From: an uncultured Myxococcales bacterium
GTDB taxonomy: Bacteria > Desulfobacterota > Binatia > UBA1149 > SPBQ01
Direction of reading: 5' to 3'
Length of the DNA stretch: 63,346 nucleotides
Assembly (NCBI GenBank): GCA_964478045.1
Contig: CAYZHO010000002.1
Span: forward strand, 1-63,346
The notes beneath the pieces are model-generated. The model did not search any database. It saw only the letters and a list, made by a program, of their open reading frames with translations, and had not been told where the DNA came from. The position numbers and the translations under genes are program-made. Each line of letters starts with the position of its first letter. Within the stretch, counting starts at the first letter, position 1. Shown here piece by piece: positions 35,368 through 44,166 of this stretch.

Positions 35368-35454
35368 GGTCTGAGCGGAATCGAGCCTAATCCCGCTTGG
35401 TTACCTTGCGCCCCGGGCCAGTGGCCCAGTGCCAGCGACCTGAGGAGGAGAGGA

Positions 35455-38289
35455 ATGAACGGCGTTCACGTTTCCCGGCGCGAGTTTCTCAGGATTTCCA
35501 GCGCTACCCTTCTCGTGCTGAGCCTAGCCTCGCTCGAGCCTGCCGCGGCGCTGGCTGGGCGCAAGCCGAAGGCACCCGCGTACGGGGACTGGCGCGACCT
35601 GTACCGCAGAAAGTTCACTTGGGATCGCCGCGTGCGTTGCACTCACGTGGTCAACTGCTGGTATCAGCGCAATTGTGCTTGGGACGTGTTCGTCAAAGAC
35701 GGAGTCGTGCTGCGCGAGGAGCAGGCCGGACAATACCCGGCCGGATGCGGGGATGCGCCCGACTTCAACCCCCGCGGGTGCCAGAAGGGAGCCTGTTACT
35801 CCTCGGTCGTCAACTCGCCGGCGCGCCTGCTTTATCCGCTGAAGCGAGTCGGCCCGCGCGGGACCTGCAAGTGGAAGCGCGTGACCTGGGACGAAGCGCT
35901 CGACGAAATCGCCGACCGCTTGATCGACGCGGCCGTCGATCCGGGCCCAGAAACGATCGTCCTTGACATCGGCGGCAGCCTGGCCTCCTCGACCTGGCGC
36001 TTAGGCATTCGCCGGATCATCGACCTGCTCGACGGAATCGAGCTCGATACGAATACCGAGCTCGACGACGGGCAAGGCGGAGCCTCCGTCACGTTCGGCA
36101 CGCCGGTAGCGTCGCGGTCGGCCGACGACTTGTTCCGGTCGGACGTCATTCTGATTTGGGGTGCCAATCCGGTCTACACGCAGATTCCAAATGCCCACTT
36201 CATCAACGAGGCACGCTACCGGGGCGCCACGGTCGTGACGATCGCCCCGGACTACTCTGCATCGGCCATTCACGCGGACTTGTATGTGCCGATCCGCCCC
36301 GGCACCGACGCTGCCCTGGCGCTTGGAGTAGCCCGCCACATGATCGCCACGGGGCGCTACGACACCGACTTCATCCGCTCCCAGACCGACCTGCCCTTGC
36401 TGGTGCGCGAGGACGGGCGCTTCCTGCGCCAGGCCGATCTGCAGCCGGGAGGCCGAACCGACGTCTTCTACGCTCTCGATGAGCGCACGGGGGAAATCGT
36501 CGAGGCACCGGCAAGCCACTTGGACTGGGGCTCGGCCAGACCGGCCCTTACGGGATCGGCCCGCGTGGCCACCCGCGAGGGTAAAGTGCTCGTGCGGCCG
36601 GTTTTCGAGATCCTGCGCGAGCGGCTCGAGCGCGGTTATCGGCTCGAACAAGTCGCCGCGATCTGCGGTACGCCGGCACCGGTCGTCGAGCGCTTCGCCG
36701 AAATCGTAGCCAGCGCCCGCAGCCTGGCCGGCATTGCCGGCTCCTGCATTCCGAAGTTCTACCACGGTGACTTGATGATGCGGGCGCAAATTCTCGTGTT
36801 CGTGCTCGGCGGCCACCTCGGGCGCCCGGGGGCGGGATACGACACGTGCCCGTTCCTGCGACTCGACGGCCTCGACCGTTTCGGAGCATCCCAGATCGAA
36901 GGACTGCTAGCCAAGCTCAAGATGGCACCGGCCCTCGTGCGCAAGCGCCTGGCCGGCGAAACCAAAGAGCGCGTGCTCGCCGACCTGATGCGGGACTACA
37001 TGGAAACGGCAAACGTTTTCTCGTCGGTCCTGTACTGGCGCGAGCACGGCCACCTCAAGGAGCGGACCGACGCGCCTTGGGGCCGCGACCTTCGGCGCCC
37101 CGTGTCGGCCTACGTCGAACGCTCGCTGGCCAGCGGGTGGCAGCGCAGGCCGCCCGCCCACGGCCCCCGCGTCTTATTCCTGGCGGGGAGCAACCTGGTT
37201 CGCCGCTTGCGTTCTTCCGACCTACTCGTCGAGCGCGCCTTTCCCAGTATCGACCTGATCGTGACGACCGACGTGCGCATGACCACCAGCTGTCTGTACT
37301 CCGACATCCTTCTGCCCGGTGCCACTTCGTACGAAAAAGACGACGTTCCGAACTGGTTCACGCTCCTGTCGCCTTTCCTGCACATCACGCAAGCAGCGGT
37401 GCCGCCGCGGGGCGAGGCAAAACCCGAGTGGACGATTCACGCGCTCTTGGCCCGGGCGATCGAGCGGCGCGCCCGGGCCCGGGGCATCAAGACCTACCGC
37501 GACCGAAGCGGCAAGCTGCGCCGCCTCGACGACTTCTATCGCCGCTTTACGGCAGGCGGCAAGTACGGCCCCGAGGCTCAGTCTGAAGTCGCCGCCGAGG
37601 TCGTCGAAAAAACCTCGTTCGTGCCGGCCACGTTCGATGAACTACGGCCCAAAGGCTTCGTCCGCGTAAGTGGAATCGGCAGCCATCCCATCAACCTCGG
37701 CAACGCCACCGACGTCCGGCCCGACCAGCCGGTGGTCAACCGTCAGTGGCGCCGCACGCGTCCCGGGCCGTGGCCCACTCTGACGCGTCGGATCCAGTTC
37801 TATATCGATCACCCTCTGTATCTCGAGCTCGGCGAAGAGCTGCCCGTACACAAGGAACCGCCCGCCTCCGGCGGGAACTTTCCGCTCATTCTCACCAGCG
37901 GGCATACGCGCTGGAGCATTCACTCGGGCTGGCGCAACGTGCCCTGGCTGCTCTACTTGCAACGGGGCCAGGCAGCCGCGTTCGTCGCCGCCCCCGACGC
38001 CCGCGCACGCGGCATCCGCGACGGCGATACGATCCGAATATGGAACGACGTGGGGGAGTTCTTCGTCCAGGCCAAAGTGTCGGCAGCCGTGAGACCGGGA
38101 ACGGTGATTCTCTACCATGCCTGGGAGGACTACCAATTCCCGGGGCGCCGCGGCTACCGCAACGTTCTGCCCTCTCCGCTCAATCCGGTCGAGTTGGCCG
38201 GTGACTACAATCACTTGCGGCCGGTTCCCGCCAGTCTTCAGCCGGGGCAGAACGATCGCGATACCCGCGTGGACATCGCACCCGCCTGA
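35455..38289 (+). CDS. Type II DMSO-reductase-family alpha subunit, EbdA/NarG-like, Tat signal (paralog A7), stand-alone
   Basis: GAGGAGGAGAGG RBS. MNGVHVSRREFLRISSATLL. Motif HVVNCWYQRNC...NPRGC. Blocks SQTDLPLLVR, WPTLTRRIQFYIDH, SGHTRWSIH. 944 aa. Confidence 0.9.
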   Translation: MNGVHVSRREFLRISSATLLVLSLASLEPAAALAGRKPKAPAYGDWRDLYRRKFTWDRRVRCTHVVNCWYQRNCAWDVFVKDGVVLREEQAGQYPAGCGDAPDFNPRGCQKGACYSSVVNSPARLLYPLKRVGPRGTCKWKRVTWDEALDEIADRLIDAAVDPGPETIVLDIGGSLASSTWRLGIRRIIDLLDGIELDTNTELDDGQGGASVTFGTPVASRSADDLFRSDVILIWGANPVYTQIPNAHFINEARYRGATVVTIAPDYSASAIHADLYVPIRPGTDAALALGVARHMIATGRYDTDFIRSQTDLPLLVREDGRFLRQADLQPGGRTDVFYALDERTGEIVEAPASHLDWGSARPALTGSARVATREGKVLVRPVFEILRERLERGYRLEQVAAICGTPAPVVERFAEIVASARSLAGIAGSCIPKFYHGDLMMRAQILVFVLGGHLGRPGAGYDTCPFLRLDGLDRFGASQIEGLLAKLKMAPALVRKRLAGETKERVLADLMRDYMETANVFSSVLYWREHGHLKERTDAPWGRDLRRPVSAYVERSLASGWQRRPPAHGPRVLFLAGSNLVRRLRSSDLLVERAFPSIDLIVTTDVRMTTSCLYSDILLPGATSYEKDDVPNWFTLLSPFLHITQAAVPPRGEAKPEWTIHALLARAIERRARARGIKTYRDRSGKLRRLDDFYRRFTAGGKYGPEAQSEVAAEVVEKTSFVPATFDELRPKGFVRVSGIGSHPINLGNATDVRPDQPVVNRQWRRTRPGPWPTLTRRIQFYIDHPLYLELGEELPVHKEPPASGGNFPLILTSGHTRWSIHSGWRNVPWLLYLQRGQAAAFVAAPDARARGIRDGDTIRIWNDVGEFFVQAKVSAAVRPGTVILYHAWEDYQFPGRRGYRNVLPSPLNPVELAGDYNHLRPVPASLQPGQNDRDTRVDIAPA

Positions 38290-38401
38290 AAGCGAAAGCC
38301 GTCGGCGGGGCGGGCTGAGTCTGCTCGCACGCTCCTGCGCAAGGCTCGCAGGCCTAGCTGTCCGGCAGGTGCCTCGAGCGCGGGGCCACAGCGCTTGCGA
38401 C

Positions 38402-39469
38402 TCAGTCGGGCGGCTCGGCCCTGCCCAGCCACCCCCCGGCATAAAGGAGGAGCGCGGCCACATCACCAACCGGCAAGAGAAGTAAGTCGGAGGGACGCAA
38501 CCCTAGAACGGCTCGGCGCCTCCAGACGAGAAATCCCTGGTAAGCCCACCAGCCGGCGAGCGCCCAAGCCAGCGGCCACCCGTTTTGCCAGACCAGCCAC
38601 AGAAGCGGGGGCAGCCCGTGCGTAACCAAAAGGCCCAGATAGCCCCAAGGGCGCGCGTGGCGAATCACCCTCAGCCAGCGCAGGTGGCGGCGAACCACCC
38701 GGCCGATGGGCTCTTCTCCCAGGTGGTGTTCGAGGACCATGGGAACCCATGCCAGCCGAAATCCCGCGCGCTCGACGTTTCGGGCCAGCGCGTGGTCGTC
38801 CGCCGCTTCGTCGAGCAGTGGCTCGAGCCCACCGGCCGCCTTGAGGGCATCACGCCGCAATGCGATCGTCGCACCGAGCGCAAAATGCAGCCCCTCCAAT
38901 CGAACCGCCAGACAGGTGCTCGGCAAAAACCGAACGTTCGTGAGCAGGGCGTCCACTCGGCTGAGCAGCGAGCGCGCCGCAACGCTCCGGTACGGACAGG
39001 TGCTGAGCCCAACGGACGGATCGGCGAGCGGCGCAACCACCCGAGCAACGTAGTCGCCGGGCACCCGAACGTCGGCGTCGCTCAGCACCAGCACGTCGGC
39101 CGCCGTTCCCGATAGCGCTTGCATCAGATTGGCAATCTTTCGGTTACGACCGGACGGCCCCGGCCCGCAGCGCAGCTCGACGTCGGTGCGCTCTTCGCTG
39201 AGTTGGCGGGCGACCATAATCGCCGGGTCGGCCGGATCCTCGGCCGCCAGGATCACGCGAGCTCGTGCACGCCGGGCGGCTTCCAGGAGGCTTGCAAGAC
39301 ACGGGCGCAGGAATCCCGGAGCTCCGTGAAGCGGGCGCACGAGCAGCACCCGGTCACCGGCCCACCGTCCGGAATTCTCGGCTGGCGAGCCCAGCGTACC
39401 GGTGGCGCGAGTCGCCGCCAGCCAATACAGGGCCGCCGCCGCCAACCACGCCAGGGCAACGACGGTCAC
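38402..39469 (-). CDS. hpnI: Family-2/21 glycosyltransferase, HpnI-like (hopanoid-associated)
   Basis: N-terminal TM helix. GT-A-like core (LLVRPLHG..., NRKIANLMQAL, VLVLSDADVRV). C-terminal TM helices. Ceramide-glucosyltransferase-like architecture, placed immediately after hpnK and hpnJ-like genes. Confidence 0.6.
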   Translation of the reverse strand: MTVVALAWLAAAALYWLAATRATGTLGSPAENSGRWAGDRVLLVRPLHGAPGFLRPCLASLLEAARRARARVILAAEDPADPAIMVARQLSEERTDVELRCGPGPSGRNRKIANLMQALSGTAADVLVLSDADVRVPGDYVARVVAPLADPSVGLSTCPYRSVAARSLLSRVDALLTNVRFLPSTCLAVRLEGLHFALGATIALRRDALKAAGGLEPLLDEAADDHALARNVERAGFRLAWVPMVLEHHLGEEPIGRVVRRHLRWLRVIRHARPWGYLGLLVTHGLPPLLWLVWQNGWPLAWALAGWWAYQGFLVWRRRAVLGLRPSDLLLLPVGDVAALLLYAGGWLGRAEPPD

Positions 39470-40308
39470 CCGGGCACTCCCCCTGGCCGAGGCGCTAGAT
39501 CACGCGTTCCGACCAGTCGGTAGCCGGCCTCGGAAAGGGCCGCGCGCACTCGGGGCGAGCACAGCGCTTCGAGTTCTGCCCGCCCGGCCGCCGTAGCGGT
39601 ATCTGGATGGGTGTAGACCTCGACCGTCGGTGCCCGCAGCCGCCGGATCAGGCGGATCAGCGCCAGCTCGTCGAGCCGGCCGGTGGCCCGCAACCCATAG
39701 ACCCGTTCGGTTGTCGCAATCGCCGAAGACCGATAACGGCGCGCCAGCAGCCAGAAAATGGCGGCCACCACCTCCGCCGCCGGAGTCTCCATGCGAACCC
39801 GGCCGGCCCCGTCTTCGCGAACCAGGCGCACGTGCGGCACGCCGAACTCGCGCATCGCTTCTAGCACCAGCGGGAGCAACACTGGGTGCATGTGCAAGTG
39901 GTGGTGGCCATCTACGTGGTGGATCGCCAGCCCCGCCGCCTTGAGCCGCGCGAACTGCGCCCGCACTTCAGCAGTCAAAGCCGGCGCCAGTCGCCGCCGC
40001 CCCACGTAATAACGGAGGCCCGCAACCAGAGGACTGCGGGGCAACTTGCCACGGCGTGCCAGGCGAGCGGCCGCCGGGTCGGTGGCAGCCGGACGGCCGT
40101 CGCAAAAGACGAGATGCAATCCAGTGGAAAGTTCCGGCAGCCTTCGAGCTCGAGCGACAGCGTCGCCGAATGCCGGACCGGTTACGATCAAGCTCGCGCT
40201 CGTGAGGATGCCTTCCCGGCAGGCGATCTCGACGGCTTCGTTGACGGTTCGGCTCGACCCGAAGTCGTCGGCCGTCACGACGATCTTGCCGCCCACCGCC
40301 TCAAGCAC
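39466..40308 (-). CDS. hpnK: YdjC/ChbG-family deacetylase, HpnK-like
   Basis: N-terminus KIVVTADDFGSSRTVNEAVEIACREGILTSASLIV is typical of YdjC-like deacetylases. HHVDGHHHLHMHP metal-site-like motif. Overlaps both neighbouring genes. Confidence 0.65.
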   Translation of the reverse strand: MLEAVGGKIVVTADDFGSSRTVNEAVEIACREGILTSASLIVTGPAFGDAVARARRLPELSTGLHLVFCDGRPAATDPAAARLARRGKLPRSPLVAGLRYYVGRRRLAPALTAEVRAQFARLKAAGLAIHHVDGHHHLHMHPVLLPLVLEAMREFGVPHVRLVREDGAGRVRMETPAAEVVAAIFWLLARRYRSSAIATTERVYGLRATGRLDELALIRLIRRLRAPTVEVYTHPDTATAAGRAELEALCSPRVRAALSEAGYRLVGTRDLAPRPGGVPG

Positions 40309-41737
40309 GCAGGGCGCGCCGCCGCTGCGCCAGGAACGAGAGAAACTCGACTCCCTCGCGCAGTCGCCGCCGCATGACCCGGCCGTCCCGCACCATGTCG
40401 CGCACGATGCGCAGAATCGGGCGCGGCCGCATGTAGAAGCTCCGGTAGAACCGTTCGAGTGCCTCGTGCATGTCCGCCGCGCTCAGCTCGGGATAGGACA
40501 GTGCCGGCACCTGAACCCCGTGTTCTTCCACCAGTGCACTCGGATCCTTGACGACCAGCCACCCGGCCCGTTCGGCTTCCTCGTACAGTTGGGTGCCCGG
40601 ATACGGCGCCGCCAGCGACACTTGGATGCTGTATGGATCTACCCGCTTGGCGAACTCGATCGTTTCCTCGATCGTCTCGGGCGTTTCTCCGGGCAACCCG
40701 ATCACGAACGTCCCGTGAACCAAGATACCGAGGCGGTGGCAGTCCTCGGCAAATCGCAAGGCTCGGTCGATGCGCGTCCCTTTGCGAATGTTGTTGAGGA
40801 TCTTCTGACTGCCCGTTTCATAGCCGACCAGCAGCAGCCGCAGGCCGTTGTCTTTGAGGACGCGCAGCGTTTCTAGAGGCACGTTGGGTTTGGCGTTGCA
40901 CGACCACACGATCCCGAGCCGTCCCAGCCCTCGGGCAATGGCCTCGGCCCGCGGGCGGTCGTCGGTGAAGGTGTCGTCGTCGAAGAAGAATTCGCGCACC
41001 CCGGGAAACAGCCGCCTGGCCCTTTCCATTTCGGCCAAGACGTTGGCCACCGAGCGCGTGCGGTAGACGTGCCCGCTGATCGTCTGCGGCCACAGACAGA
41101 AGCTGCACCGGCTACGGCAGCCCCGGCCCGTGTACAGCGAAACGTAGGGGTGCTCGAGGTACCCGATCGCGTATTTCGTGATGTCGAGATCGCGCGCGTA
41201 GACGTCGGTTACGAACGGCAGAGCGTCGAGATCTTCAATCGGCGGTCGCGGTCGATTGCGGACGATTCGCCCGTGCTCGTCCCGCCACGCGACTCCGTCC
41301 ACCTGCGCCAGCGGCCGGCCGGCCGCAACTTCCGCCACTGCGTAGTCGAACTCGCCCGTGGTAACGAAGTCCACCGCCTTGGCTACCCTCAGGGTCTCAT
41401 CCGGCAGCACCATCGTATGAGGCCCGACCATACCCACCGTCGCCCGCGGATTGGCCTGGCGCAGGCGCTCGGCGGTACGGGCATCGTGGTAAAGAGAAGG
41501 CGTAGACGTATGGATGACGATCAGTTCGTAGTCGGCAGCAATCCGGGCAACCGCCTCGAGATCGAGGTCGTGCGGTGGAGCATCAACCAGGCGCGAGCCG
41601 GGAACCAACGCCGCGGCCTGCGCCAGCCACGTCGGATACCAGAACGACCGTACTTCCCGGCGTGCCTGGTAGCGCGAGCCAGCCCCACCATCGAAGCCTT
41701 CGTAAGACGGCGGATTCAGGAACAGCGTTTTCTTCAC
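40301..41737 (-). CDS. hpnJ: B12-binding-domain radical SAM enzyme, HpnJ-like
   Basis: The GTG at 41737 (GTGA overlap with the upstream stop) gives VKKTLFLNPPSYEGFDGGAGSRYQARREVRSFWYPTWLAQ, which matches the N-terminus I remember for HpnJ. Radical SAM motif CRSRCSFC. 478 aa. Confidence 0.75.
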   Translation of the reverse strand: MKKTLFLNPPSYEGFDGGAGSRYQARREVRSFWYPTWLAQAAALVPGSRLVDAPPHDLDLEAVARIAADYELIVIHTSTPSLYHDARTAERLRQANPRATVGMVGPHTMVLPDETLRVAKAVDFVTTGEFDYAVAEVAAGRPLAQVDGVAWRDEHGRIVRNRPRPPIEDLDALPFVTDVYARDLDITKYAIGYLEHPYVSLYTGRGCRSRCSFCLWPQTISGHVYRTRSVANVLAEMERARRLFPGVREFFFDDDTFTDDRPRAEAIARGLGRLGIVWSCNAKPNVPLETLRVLKDNGLRLLLVGYETGSQKILNNIRKGTRIDRALRFAEDCHRLGILVHGTFVIGLPGETPETIEETIEFAKRVDPYSIQVSLAAPYPGTQLYEEAERAGWLVVKDPSALVEEHGVQVPALSYPELSAADMHEALERFYRSFYMRPRPILRIVRDMVRDGRVMRRRLREGVEFLSFLAQRRRALRA

Positions 41738-42822
41738 GGCGCACTCCCGCGGCCGCTTCGCCGGCCGGGCAACACGGTGTATTCGACCGCCGGCAGGCAA
41801 GCGCGGCCGTCGACCTCGACGAGCCGCCCCCCGGCCCGCGCCGACTCGTAAGCGGCCTCGATCGTGGCACAGCACGCCGCGGCCTCCCGCTGGTTTTCGA
41901 TCGCTCGATCCGGCTCTTCGAGTGCAGCCAAGAACTCCGCGAGCACCGGTGGAAACCACGCCGCATGGTAGGAGTCGTCGGGCGCGTCGGCCGGCCGCAG
42001 CACCGCCCGAACCGCACCACCTCGATCCCGCACGGCCACCTCTCCATCGCCGATCGTGATCTCCCCGCGTTCTCCCCGCACTAGCACCCGGGTGCGGCGC
42101 CGCTCGGCCGCCCACGTGAGTTCGAGTTGGAGGCGAACCGTGTTGTCGAACTCCACCGTGCACGTGGCTGTATCCTCTACATCTGCCCCCACCCACCGGC
42201 GTCGCTCCGCCTGTGCCGCAACGGTCGCCGGCTGGGCGCCAGCCAAGGAACGGGCCAGATAGAGCGAATGCCAGCCGTGATCGATCAAGATCCCCCCGCC
42301 GGCGCGATCGGCGCGCAGCCGCCACGAATCAGGGCCTCCGGCCGGCTGCGTCCGGTCCGTACGAAACACGATTCGTTCGAGCCGGCCGATCGCGTTCTCG
42401 GCTACCAGCCTGCGCGCTTGGCGGAACAACGGAGCGTGGTGCCAGTTATGGACCGTCATCAGCACGACGCCTGCGCCAGCGGCGCAAGCGGTCATCGAGG
42501 TCAAGTCGGCGCAGCGCAAGGCGAGCGGTTTTTCCACCAGCGCGTGTACCCCTGCTTGCAGGAGGGCTTCGACCACCTCCCGTCGTGTCGCCGGCGGCGT
42601 CGCAATCACCGCAAAATCGGGCCGCTGGCGGGCGAGCAAATCGTCGATGCCCGGGTACACGCCGACCGAACCGCCGAGTAGCGAGCGCGCTCTCTGGCGG
42701 CGCGACCCGTCCGGATCGACTACCGCGCTGACCCGAATGCGCCGGTCGCCGAGCAGCGCCGGAAGATGAGCGAATTCGGCGACTCGCCCGAATCCGACGA
42801 TCGCCGCGTCAAGGGGTTTCAT
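41734..42822 (-). CDS. Gfo/Idh/MocA-family NAD(P)-dependent oxidoreductase
   Basis: N-terminal Rossmann motif AAIVGFGRVAEFAHLPAL, VDPD..., EKPLA. 362 aa. AAGGA RBS. Confidence 0.75.
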   Translation of the reverse strand: MKPLDAAIVGFGRVAEFAHLPALLGDRRIRVSAVVDPDGSRRQRARSLLGGSVGVYPGIDDLLARQRPDFAVIATPPATRREVVEALLQAGVHALVEKPLALRCADLTSMTACAAGAGVVLMTVHNWHHAPLFRQARRLVAENAIGRLERIVFRTDRTQPAGGPDSWRLRADRAGGGILIDHGWHSLYLARSLAGAQPATVAAQAERRRWVGADVEDTATCTVEFDNTVRLQLELTWAAERRRTRVLVRGERGEITIGDGEVAVRDRGGAVRAVLRPADAPDDSYHAAWFPPVLAEFLAALEEPDRAIENQREAAACCATIEAAYESARAGGRLVEVDGRACLPAVEYTVLPGRRSGRGSAP

Positions 42823-42837
42823 CCCGCTAGCGTCCTT

Positions 42838-44166
42838 TCAGCCTCGCCCGTGCGACTCGCGGTAGAGCTCGCCGAGCACGTCTTCGAAGATATCGAGGCC
42901 ACGATTTGCCAGATCTTCTGTAATCACCAGCGGCGGGTTGATCCGTACCCGCGCTCCGTAGGCCATCACCAGCAGCCCCCGCGCCAAACAGCGCCGATAG
43001 AGTTCCTCGGTAACCGCCCGTCCCAGGGGCTCCTTAGAACGCCGGTCGCGCACCAAGTCGAGCCCAATGAGCAACCCGACGCCGCGCACGTCGCCGATCC
43101 ACGGGATCCGCTCGGCCATCTCTTTGAGGCGCGCAAGCATCTTGGCTCCGACGCGCGCGGCATGGTCCGCCAGCCGCTCCTCGACGATCGTTTTCACCGT
43201 CGCCCACGCCGCCGCCGCAGCAAGCGGATTGCCGCCGTAGGAAGAAGAAGACGCGGAGGGCTTGGCCCACGGCAAGGCGCTCGCCGTGTCTTCCCCGGCA
43301 ACCACACCACTGATCGGAAAGCCACCGCCGAATCCCTTCCCGATGGTCATGACATCCGGAACCACACCGCTGTGCTCGAAACCGAACAGCCGGCCTGTGC
43401 GACCGAAGCCGGTGATCATCTCGTCGGCGATCAACAGCGCATCGAACTCGGCGGCAAGCTCGCGAACGCCGGCCATCCATTCCGGTGGCGGAACGACGTT
43501 GCCCGCCGTCCCCTGCATCGGTTCGACCAACACCGCCGCAATCGCCCCCGCGGTGGCCGCATGAACTTGCTGCCGCGCGATGTCGAGACAGCCCAGACCG
43601 CAGCTCGGGTAGCTGGCGTGGAGGGGACAGCGATAGCAGTCGGCGTACGGAACCAGATGGACTCCGCCACCAAGCGGCCCCCAGCCGCGCTTGAACGGGT
43701 CGCCGATCAGCGGGAGAACCCCGCCCGTCTTGCCATGGAAGCCGCCCCAGAACCCAACGACCTCGAACTTGCCGGTTGCCGACCGGGCCAGCCGCAACGC
43801 TGCCTCGACCGCCTCGGCGCCACCCGAGTAAAGTTGCACGCGGCGGAGCCCCTCCGGGAGCACCGAGGCCAAAAGCTCGAGCAGCCGAAGTCGCGCCTCA
43901 CTCGTAAACGACCCTACCGCCAGGCGCTGCGCCTGCTCGGTTACCGCGCGAACCCAGGCGGGATGGCTGTGGCCGATGCTCGCCACGGCAACGCCAGCCA
44001 TGAAGTCGATGTACTTCGAGCCGTCGACGTCCTCGAGCACGGCCCCCTCGCCTCGGGCCATCGCAATGCCGGCCAACGTGGCCAAGCGCTGAATCCCGGG
44101 TGCGATGATTCGCTGTTCGGCCTCGAACAGGGCGCGCGAGCGCGGGCCGGCGATTTCCTCGCTCAC
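42838..44166 (-). CDS. Class III PLP-dependent aminotransferase (acetylornithine/GABA-AT-like; possibly HpnO-like)
   Basis: The GTG at 44166 (GTGA overlap, GGGAGGAAG RBS) gives VSEEIAGPRSRALFEAEQR. Family blocks: DVDGSKYIDFMAG, LIADEMITGFGRTG, MTIGKGFGGGFP (Lys in TIGKG is the likely PLP Lys). Confidence 0.8.
   Translation of the reverse strand: MSEEIAGPRSRALFEAEQRIIAPGIQRLATLAGIAMARGEGAVLEDVDGSKYIDFMAGVAVASIGHSHPAWVRAVTEQAQRLAVGSFTSEARLRLLELLASVLPEGLRRVQLYSGGAEAVEAALRLARSATGKFEVVGFWGGFHGKTGGVLPLIGDPFKRGWGPLGGGVHLVPYADCYRCPLHASYPSCGLGCLDIARQQVHAATAGAIAAVLVEPMQGTAGNVVPPPEWMAGVRELAAEFDALLIADEMITGFGRTGRLFGFEHSGVVPDVMTIGKGFGGGFPISGVVAGEDTASALPWAKPSASSSSYGGNPLAAAAAWATVKTIVEERLADHAARVGAKMLARLKEMAERIPWIGDVRGVGLLIGLDLVRDRRSKEPLGRAVTEELYRRCLARGLLVMAYGARVRINPPLVITEDLANRGLDIFEDVLGELYRESHGRG

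Noticed and set aside
35228-35454. Possible molybdenum-cofactor (Moco) riboswitch in the 5' leader of A7.
   Set aside because: The leader is GC-rich with several small palindromes and contains CGAGCC. I could not reconstruct the conserved multi-stem Moco motif from memory. A covariance-model scan (Rfam Moco_RNA_motif) would be needed, so it is not reported as a feature.
9062-38289. Calling the alpha/beta genes respiratory nitrate reductase narGH or nitrite oxidoreductase nxrAB.
   Set aside because: The alphas are about 940-1010 aa with Tat signals, whereas cytoplasmic NarG is about 1250 aa and has no Tat signal. The third subunit is EB_dh-type rather than NarI, and there are seven alphas. 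A periplasmic Nxr/pNar-like or other oxyanion-reductase function cannot be excluded without phylogeny, so no gene symbol was assigned.
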